From NCBI RefSeq assembly GCF_009914755.1, contig NC_060935.1: DNA of 64,000 bases; one strand, written 5' to 3'. The notes under the pieces were generated by a model. That model did not search any database, was not told the origin of the DNA, and saw nothing but the letters and a program-made list of their open reading frames with translations. The position numbers and the translations under genes were made by a program. Numbering within the stretch: the first letter of the stretch is position 1; each line of letters starts with the position of its first letter. This stretch comes from the human T2T-CHM13v2.0 reference genome, Homo sapiens. This document shows, piece by piece, positions 54,250-64,000 of the stretch.

Positions 54250-54420
54250 GGGAAATACGGGTTTAGGGCCCAGTTCCACTGCTTACTAGCTGTGTGACCT
54301 TGAATAGTTACTAAAATTGTCAGTTTCTTCAAGCTGTAAAGTGAGGATAATAATAGAACCGAACTCGCATGGTTCTTCTGAGGAGCAAGGGTAATACTTT
54401 ATGTGAAAACCCCCGCGTAA
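54250..54420 (+). mobile_element. MIR SINE
   Basis: CTTACTAGCTGTGTGACCTTGAA...CTGTAAAGTGAGGATAATAATAG. Confidence 0.85.
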
Positions 54421-54530
54421 CTGCAAAGACCTAAACCTTTCGGTCCTTAGGACTCAGGGGTATGATGGAATGCTTTTCTATTTTGATTCATTTATACACA
54501 CTCATGGCTACATTTTTGTTCTTGTTTTAT

Positions 54531-54631
54531 GTCAGATGGGTAATGTGCCGACGTCATAACCAGTTTCCAGGGTAGCACATCTCACACATCCGCATGAGCC
54601 CAGCCATCACCCTTATGAACCACAGAAGCAC
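54531..54631 (-). pseudogene. U13 (SNORD13) C/D snoRNA retrocopy
   Basis: reverse complement GTTCATAAGGGTGATGGCTGGG...TGTGTGAGATGTGCTACCCT...TTATGACGTCGGCACATTACCCATCTGAC is colinear with U13 as recalled; A-rich tail follows on the minus strand; box C decayed to GTGATGG, box D CTGA kept. Confidence 0.88.
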
Positions 54632-55210
54632 CTGCTTCATTTCTTTTCATCTAAGCCTAATGATTGTTTAAGTTTTTAGCACATCTATCTAATTTATACG
54701 ACATCTTATTTCTCTGACAATAAACCAACATTTATTTGTTGTTAACTGATGATGTTGCCTAATGATCAGGACCCAGATTGTAGTTTGTTATGTATCAGGC
54801 AAGCCGAATGCTGTCATTAGATAGACACACAGAAGGGTGGAGCTTGTTCTGCCTGCCACAGACGGAAGCCATTATCAATAACCTAATAATATCAATAGGG
54901 GCTAAGATGAGATGGCGGGCAGAAGCTATTTCCTCCACTTTCTCTCTGGGCATCACCTTTTTGGCTCTTCCTGGGGAGTCAAGATGTGCTGCAGTCCACA
55001 GTGTAAACGCTTCAGCATCATGTGCACTTGGGAAATTGCAGGTCCTTTCATGGAGAAATCCCACAGAAGACAATTAGGGTCTGGTACACATTTCCTTCAG
55101 AGACCTCTCACACCTCAGCCAACCGACTCTTCCCTTCCGCTTTGAATGCAGGATAACCAGAATGGATCACTTAATATTTGCTAAGCACGCCATGCACTTC
55201 AAAACCTCTG

Positions 55211-55332
55211 CAACCCCGCTCACCTCTCCCCTCTCAACCCCGCTCACCTCTCCCCTCTCAACCCCGCTCACCTCTCCCCTCTCAACCCCGCTCACCTCTC
55301 CCCTCTCAACCCCGCTCACCTCTCCCCTCTCA
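55211..55332. repeat. 24-bp minisatellite, 5 identical copies (CAACCCCGCTCACCTCTCCCCTCT)
   Basis: read directly. Confidence 0.97.
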
Positions 55333-56164
55333 TTTTAAAAATTTCCAAAGAGAAAATAACAGATTACTTACAATAATACAGAGATTAAATTTACATCTTA
55401 TTTTTTAACAGCAAAACTGAATGCTACCAGAAAATGATCCGAGATTTTTATTTTAAACCTATACTCCACACCCTGGCAAACTTGCATTCAAGTATGAGGA
55501 CAAAATGAAGAGTTTTGAACCTGCAAAGACTTGGAAATTTTGCCATCCATAAATACTTCAGGGAAAAAAATATATATAAGGAAAATCCCATAAAATAAAA
55601 AACAAAACCAAGTAAAAAGATACAAGAAAGGGTAGTAATCAAATAAAACACTAAAAGTTATAGTCAAGTTTAAATAACTGTTGATGCTTGATGTTTTAAA
55701 AATGTATAAAATAACCATCTGGAACTAAAATCCCAGATGTTCTCAACCATGGAGTCTGCCAGAGAGAGCGGTGAGAAGTGTAAGAATACTAAATTTTTTA
55801 TTCTTATGTAAGAGGAGGATATAGATGTTATAGCTGTCGACAGAATTGTTAAAATTGTTAAAAATATAAGTGTAACCACTAGAAGAATATAAATAGACAT
55901 ATAAATTTCAAATCACAAGGGAGGGAATATAATGGAACAAAATATAAAATCAATTCAGCCACAGGCAAGATCCAAACAAATAATGAAAAAACAAACAAAC
56001 AAGCAAACAAAACCAGTAAAATTAAAGTATATCAGCAATCACAGAAAAAAGTTCATTTTAAACTCTGAAAAATAAAATGCAGTTACATGTGGAGTACAAG
56101 AGGGCTCCTGAAATTAAAAGAAACAGAGGGAATAACAAAGGATGGAAAAATGAATGCTAGGTAT

Positions 56165-56875
56165 GACACAATAAGAAATAGATATTTGATCTTTGCACCT
56201 TATTCCCCATAATTTCTGATAGGAGTGATGAGTATGTCTTTGGTTTTAGTGAGGTGACTCTTTGAGGGCCCTAGGTCACTTCAGGAGGGGGGCTGCTTGC
56301 CAGGAAGACCAAAGCATAATTAGCCGGTTGCAACTTTAAGCCCCATCCCTGACCTCTGGGGAGGGGAAAAGAGCTGGAGATGAAGTTGATCCCCAACGGT
56401 CAACGATTTAATACATCAGGCCTATGTAATGAAACCTTCATGAAAGCCCCTAAGTATTAATAGGTTCAGAGTGCTCCCAGGTTGGTGAACACATCAAGGG
56501 GCTGGGAGGGGTGAACCCGGAGAGGGCATGGAGGCTCCATGCCCCCACACACCACACCCCATGCCTTGCCCTACGAATCCCTTCCATTTACTTGTTCCTG
56601 AGTTCTATTCTGTATAATCAGCTGATAATAATAAGTAAAGAAATTTCCTGAGGTCTGTGGGCCTTTCTAACAAATTATGGAACCTGAGAAGAGTCGCAGG
56701 AACCCTGATTTGTGGCAGGTTGGTCAGAAGTATGGTGGAAACCTGGGACTTGTGATTGGCACCCGAAGTGGGGCAGTCTTGTGGGACTGAGCCCTTAACC
56801 TGCAGGTCCTATGCTAGCCCCAGGCAGCGTCACAATTGAGTTGAAGCACTGGACTCCCTGTTGGTGTCCAGAGAG
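56165..56875 (+). mobile_element. MER21-family LTR (MER21C-like)
   Basis: GCCTATGTAATGAAACC, CCAGGTTGGTGAACACATC, TTGTGGGACTGAGCCCTTAACCTG, GTTGGTGTCCAGAG. Confidence 0.85.
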
Positions 56876-56976
56876 TAAAAGATGTTTTTTTTTTTTTTTT
56901 AAAGCCAACCTCAAGCAAAGAAAAATAAAAACAAACAAACCAAACTCCACCATGCCACACCTAGATGAGTTTATAG

Positions 56977-57358
<382 letters not shown>

Positions 57359-57704
57359 CAACCTAAGTCTTATAATAAAACCAAACTAAAGGAGCACTTT
57401 TCTTTCTCTAAGATTCCTAAATAAAATATGAGCAAGTCCAATCCAGCTACGAATTAAAAGAATATTATATCATGACAAGCACATTTAATTCAGGAATACC
57501 AAAATGGCTGAATATCCAGAACGCCATTAATGTAACTAGATATGATAATAGATTAAAAGAGAAATCCAATATAATAATCTTAATAAAAGTTGAAAAGCAT
57601 TTGGTAAAATTTAATGACTATTCCTGAGTAAACCAACAAACTTTTTAGCCAGCTAGAAACAGATGGAAAGTCTTTAATTTTATAAAAGCTTTAAGCAGAA
57701 ACCA

Positions 57705-58344
<640 letters not shown>

Positions 58345-58353
58345 CTACAGCAA

Positions 58354-58438
58354 TTATATATATATATATATATCTGTGTGTGTGTGTGTGTGTGAGTGTG
58401 TATGTGTATATATATATATATAAATCATATATATATAT
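58354..58438. repeat. compound (TA)n(TG)n(TA)n microsatellite
   Basis: read directly. Confidence 0.92.
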
Positions 58439-58479
58439 GATTTCTATTAGAGCTTGGAGCAAGAAAAAACAAAAGACCA

Positions 58480-60314
58480 CTTTCCATATTACACTACAGG
58501 CTTAGCCAATAAAAATGTCAAAGTAAATATATAAATAATATAAACATCACAAAGAAACAGGAAATTGTCATAATTCTCTGCAGTATGATTGCCTACATCT
58601 AAAAGAATTTGAGGGTTTTACAGATAAATTATTAGAATAAGACACTATTAAAATAAGAAAGCTCTGTAAGGAGACAGACACATCCTCATGTATAAAAATC
58701 AATTATTATCTTATATGTTAGCACAAATTATAAACTAGAATTTGTAATTAAAAATAAATCCAGGTCTATGCCTCTCTTTCTGTTACACACAGACAGTAAA
58801 GTGCATTTGGAGAAGGAAAAAAAGCCCAAGAATGACATGAAAATTTTGAAAAAGAAAAAAATGGTAGGTAATTTCTCTATCATTTTATTATCACATGAAA
58901 AAAAAGCCTATTGTAATAAAAACAATTGGACTATTGACACAAAAAGGAAATACATGGAACCGAATTTGAGAATTAAGAAACAGATCCATGAATTCATGGG
59001 CATTTATTTTTGTTAAGGTATAGGATATAACTTCAAGTAAATATGGACAGGATATACTATTTATATGACTGTTTCATAGAAAACTAAACTACATAGATCT
59101 TCTATCTCACACTACATGCAAACCATACATTTTATAATTTCAAAAGGATTAGAGAGCTAAATATTTAATAATAAATAAACAACCCTTTATGATTATTGTT
59201 GTGTTTTTGTTTGTTTGTTTTAAAAGTCTTGTTTGGGGAAGTTTCCTAAGTAGACTTTGAAAGAATAAGTCATAGTGGAGAAAGTGGACAGATTTGATGA
59301 AAGAAGAATTATAAACTTCCTTAACTTAAAAATAAAAATGTATATGCAACATTAAAAAACACGCAAGTATCTTTGAAAGATATTTTCAACATACAAATAA
59401 GACAAAAGTTCTATATCATATATATGTGTATAAAGAACTTCCAAATTATTTTTTTAATTGTTAAAGAACTCAGCAGAACAGAAATTATGTTAAAAGGTAA
59501 TTCAAATACAAATTTCAGGTGGTCAATAAATACATAAAAATGTATGTAGCTCTACTAAAATTAATAAAATGCTAATAATAATAATACCTAATGTTTATTG
59601 AGTGCTTGCTACTGGCCAGCCACTGTTTTAGGGTTCACTTGTGCTAATTTTGAAGCCTTACAACCAAGCCTTATAGTGAGTAGTTTTCCTACTGCAAAGA
59701 AAGGAGACGTTGCCTAGAGAACCAAAATAACTTGCCCACAGATACTCAGCTAGTTGCAGTGGAGCTTGGGTTTAAACTGAATTTGACTAGGTCCTAAACC
59801 AGTTCACTACCCTGCCATGCTTTTATTGTTTTTGTTTTTTCAGTCATCAAATTGGCACAAATCTTTTAAAAAGGTCAATAATAATTCAGTGTTAGTAAGG
59901 GTGAGACAAACTTTTTATTCTCAAATATTCTTGGTGGCATTATAAATTGATAGTCTTTTTAGTGCAATATGGTGGCCTCTTTAAAAACAGTTTAAAGCAT
60001 ACTACTTGACCCAAGAATTCCACTTCCAGGAAAATAACCATTAAGAAATAGTTAACATATGCAAAGACATTTACAAAAGAATGCTTATGGCACCATTATT
60101 TGCAAGAGTGGAATCTCAGAATCAACATACATGTCAGTAAATAGGCTTCCAGTGAAACAATTTGGGGAAAATCCATGCAATAAAACAGCATTCAATCTTT
60201 AATAAAAAGGAAGTAGGTCCATTCTTACTAAACTAATATGAACTGATATGGAACAGTTGCAAAACATAGTGACCTACTGTTCCCTGAAAAACGATTGCAA
60301 AAGCAAACATATTT

Positions 60315-60359
<45 letters not shown>

Positions 60360-60620
60360 TTTTTTGAGGGAAGAAGGTAAGAAGAAAGAAGAAAAAAGCT
60401 TATGAGTTTATGTGTAATCATTTAGAAGAGACTAGGAAGACACACAGCAAACTGTTTTCACTATTACCAATGGGTCTTGCTTGACAGAGAAATAGAAGTG
60501 CGTTTGGTTGGAAAGCAGAGAATGGGAAAATATGGACTTAAACATGATACTTAATAGCAATAGCTATTCTTTGAATCTTTTTCAAGAAGATATTCATGTA
60601 ATATTTGTGAAATGAAAACA
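58480..60620 (+). mobile_element. ancient L1M/L1ME ORF2-3'UTR remnants (interrupted by a MIR near 59575-59810)
   Basis: ATGATTGCCTACAT, GACCCAAGAATTCCACTTCCAGGA, ATCCATGCAATAAAACA-type L1 remnants. Confidence 0.65.
60319..60358. repeat. (GT)20 microsatellite
   Basis: read directly. Confidence 0.97.
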
Positions 60621-61416
60621 ATAATAATAAAAGAAAGATACAAAATAAAAGTGATGAAATGAAAAACTGAACCCACAGAAAACGCAGACAATCTAAACAA
60701 GAACATCAGACAGCACATTATTGTAATAGTTGCATACCATCACAGCAATTCAGGGTCATGGCAGGGATACCCATCTGGGAAATAAACGTGATCAACCACT
60801 CTAAAGATTCAGGGTGCTTGAAAGAGCCCCAACCAATCTTTTATAGGAAAGCTTCACAGCACCTTTCTGTTTTAGGAAAGTGCTAGGTTCCACATTGGGT
60901 GTTTTTATGTATCATGCCAAGTCATTTCACTGAGATCTGCTGGCGATTCAGCCTGGAGCTTTCAGATTCCTTCTCATTTTACCAACATCAAGCTGCCTCC
61001 TTAACACAAGGCTGATCCTGAAGTGATTCCACCAACAGATGCAGAGATGGCTTTGGCAGAAATAACTGTAGGCTCCTATTCTCTCTTCCTTGTTGAAACA
61101 TGCGCAGCATTGCTCATTAATCAGACTCACAACACTTCATCCTGGCTGGAAATAATAGGCCCCATTGTACATTAGTAACCAGGTTACTTCACCCCTTCAT
61201 TGCTGCAGTTAACACCTATTATTTCCTCCAGGCACTAATATTTTGAAACGGGATCATTTAGCTCTGAAGTATGTTAAGCGTTGTGTGTGCAGCACTTCTT
61301 TTGTCAGAAGGAAGAATTCAAGGTGGCTGAGCCTCTGTCCTAGCTATTGAGCTACCTGTAAAAAAGTCAGTATTGACATCCACAGCACACACCCTGTGTT
61401 TAGAAACAGGGCTTTA

Positions 61417-61548
61417 GGGACTGGATACCTTGGCTGACTCCTGTAATCCCAGAACATTGGGAGGCAAAGGTGGGAGAGTCACTTGAGGCCAGGAGTTCAA
61501 GACCAATCTGGGCAACATAGACTCTCTGTCTCCAAACACACAAAAAAA
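61417..61548 (+). mobile_element. FLAM (free left Alu monomer)
   Basis: CCTGTAATCCCAG...CACTTGAGGCCAGGAGTTCAAGACC..CTGGGCAACATAG plus A tail, no right arm. Confidence 0.85.
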
Positions 61549-62407
61549 CTAAATAGAAAGGGAGCCTTGGGTGTCTTATTAATATGCTGTTACTGAGCAG
61601 CATGCCTGAGACTCGGAAGATCAGAAGGATTACAGCACTGAGATACTGGCTTTCCCCTCTATTTGCACTGGAAACCTCTGAGAACAGGGGAGACACGGCC
61701 TTTTCTAAATGCTTCTCCATGTCTCAAGTAGAAGCAGCAGCGAGGAGTGGAAAAGCAGGCTGCAGCCTTCTTCCTGCTAGCTCTAAACATGTTTAAGCAG
61801 AGGAGGACGTAGAGAATGAACTGCTTAATGGCCTTAGAGAGAGAAACAAGGTAGTAGTCATTTGGTGACATAGAAAAAAAGAGTTAGTTTCTTACTCTCA
61901 ACAAGCTTAAAGCTATCAGAGTATAATTTTCAAAACCTTAAACATGTCTCTTATACAAATATTAAGTGAGCACATATCAAAGATATATTTAACTTATTAA
62001 TGAAAGAATCAAAAGAAGAGTAAAGCTAGTTCAAAGATGATTTGAGAGACTGAGTTAGTTATATATATAGGTCTGAAAAAATGTTAGAAGAAGATTGCTA
62101 AATCAAATATAAAACTGGTTAATGTCCCACAGAACAAAAAAATAATTTCTAGGGTTATCTTTTCTTGCTTTGGACAAGAAAAATTTATGTTGGTATTAGT
62201 CATATAAAAGTTGATATTTATACTTACAGGGTAACAAAATATCGTAATCAATAATAAATACTAAGTCAAACAATTGCATCCCTAGAGAAATAGATTAACT
62301 TCAAATTGCCTAATAACATTTCATCATGATATTGAAAAACCATGTCATTTTCCTTTTTCTTTTTTCTAACTTTGAGTTTTTTGTTTTTTGGTTTTTTTTG
62401 CATGCAG

Positions 62408-62470
62408 CTGTATCCATGGTGATCCTGGATGGTGGATGGAGACCACCATACCCCATCTACACAATTTCAG
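62408..62470 (+). other. candidate 63-nt internal exon (likely non-coding transcript)
   Basis: TTCTAAC branch-like motif, long T tract, CATGCAG acceptor; CAG|GTATGA donor. Confidence 0.4.
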
Positions 62471-62865
62471 GTATGAAAGGTCACCAAGAGACCACACACC
62501 ATATCCATGGTGATCCTGGATGGTGGATGGAGACCACCATACCCCATCTACACAATTTCAGGTATGAAAAGTCACCAAGAGACCACAGACCATATCCATG
62601 GTGATCCTGGATGGTGGATGGAGACCACCACACCCCATCTACACAATTTCAGGTATGAAAGATCACCAAGAGACCACAGACCATATCCATGGTGATCCTG
62701 GATGGTGGATGGAGACCACCACACCCCATCTACACAATTTCAGGTATGAAAGGTCACCAAGAGACCACAGACCATATCCATGGTGATCCTGGATGGTGGA
62801 TGGAGACCACCATAACCCATCTACACAATTTCAGGTATGAAAGGTCACCAAGAGACCACAGACCA
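62411..62865. repeat. 91-bp tandem repeat (VNTR), 5 near-identical copies
   Basis: units start at 62411, 62502, 62593, 62684 and 62775; only isolated substitutions between copies. Confidence 0.97.
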
Positions 62866-64000
62866 ATTTCCTCTCTCCACATGGGTTTGGGTTAAATGAC
62901 AAGAAGTCAATTTTCTGTAAAGGGGCTGTTGACATGAGCTTATGCCATGCCATAAGCTTAAACTCAGGCAGACCTGCTCTCTGCCACTTTTTGGCTAAAC
63001 ATAATCCCAGACCAATTTTCTCTTCTGTGAGTAGAAGTAATAATGGCACCTGCCTCATCAACTGGAGTGGGGAGTAAAGGAGATCACCCAGGCAACGTGT
63101 TTCCTGGACTGTCTAGCATTTACCCAACAGTTAGCAAATGCTGCTGCTGTTGTTGCTGTTTCCACACCTTGCAACTAAGTTCTATCATCACTTTTCATCT
63201 GGAGAATGTGGTAAAATTTAACTTCAGTTGGATCCAACTTAGGAAAAGGAGAGAAACTCACAAAATAACAAAATAAATTGCAGAAAATGTAATTTCCCCC
63301 TTGGCTAAGAAAGTTGTCCTTGAACTGGCTTTCTATGCACTCCAGAGTACATTTTAAGCAAAGATTGGCTCAAGGATTATAGCCTTACTATTCCTCTGAG
63401 GAGAAAAGGAAAAGTGAGAAACAAGCAGGGATTTAAATGCAATGTTGGTGGAAGATATAAAGTTGATTGGGAGGATGAGAAGATGGGGCTGAGAAGGAAG
63501 GGGGGGCTGCCAAGACTGTTTAAAAAGTCAGATGTGACTGTCTCTTAGCAATGTGTCTGTGATTTTCATGATCTAAAAGGGGGTCAAAAATATCTGTTCC
63601 GCCTACCTCCCTGGGATAGGATAAAGATTAAAGAAATAGAGCAAAACTTTAGAAGTATGTTCTGCTCATTCTGCTAATAAGATTCTCATCTTTTTATTCT
63701 GCTTACTGGGTCTGTAGGAGGCCAGGAAGCTCAGACAATGTCACTCTGAACTACACAGTGGTTATGAGATTTAAGCATCTCTCTGACAAGAACAGAACTC
63801 CCAATCTCCCTTTAGCCTTTTTGTAATCAGTTTTTTAGTTGAAATAGCAATGGATACAGGTGATATCCTTTGTAGTTTGCATCCGTGTTTTCTGTTGGAC
63901 AAAAGTTAGATATTTGCAGGGTTTTAAAAAATTCCCTTACTATATATTTTTGAATAATCATGATGAGGTATAACTTACATACCATAAACCCGCCCACTAT

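Noticed and set aside
55178-55408. ORF with (QPRSPLPS)n repeat
   Set aside because: By-product of an in-frame 24-bp minisatellite; non-ATG start and no splice or promoter support
62411-62865. CRISPR-like array or repeat protein (MVILDGGWRPP ORFs)
   Set aside because: Units are contiguous with no unique spacers, the context is human, and the 91-bp period shifts frame each copy so the ORFs terminate

Overview
Human (primate) non-coding genomic DNA, intergenic or deep intronic. I find no credible protein-coding exon, and no rRNA, tRNA or CRISPR array. The ORF track consists of chance ORFs or repeat-derived ORFs (Alu, L1 ORF2 remnants, MaLR, tandem repeats). Roughly half of the window is transposon-derived: Alus of J/S/Y/Ya5 type, L1 from L1PA2-like to ancient L1M, many MIR and L2 fragments, MaLR/ERVL/ERV1 solo LTRs, and Tigger and hAT DNA transposons. 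There is also a retroposed U13 snoRNA copy, a 24-bp minisatellite and a 91-bp VNTR. The observations most worth checking are: (1) the 91-bp VNTR sits right behind a strong 3' splice site and multiplies a 5' splice site five times; (2) a non-repeat ~36-bp hairpin-capable motif occurs twice 2.8 kb apart; (3) a pristine 5'-truncated AluYa5-type insertion that may be polymorphic; (4) a locally templated insertion scar; (5) two Alus inside one target-site duplication; (6) several repeat-free, motif-dense candidate regulatory blocks. I cannot identify the locus, and I see no evidence for a novel multi-gene system. Repeat subfamily calls come from recalled consensus sequences, and boundaries of old repeats are approximate.
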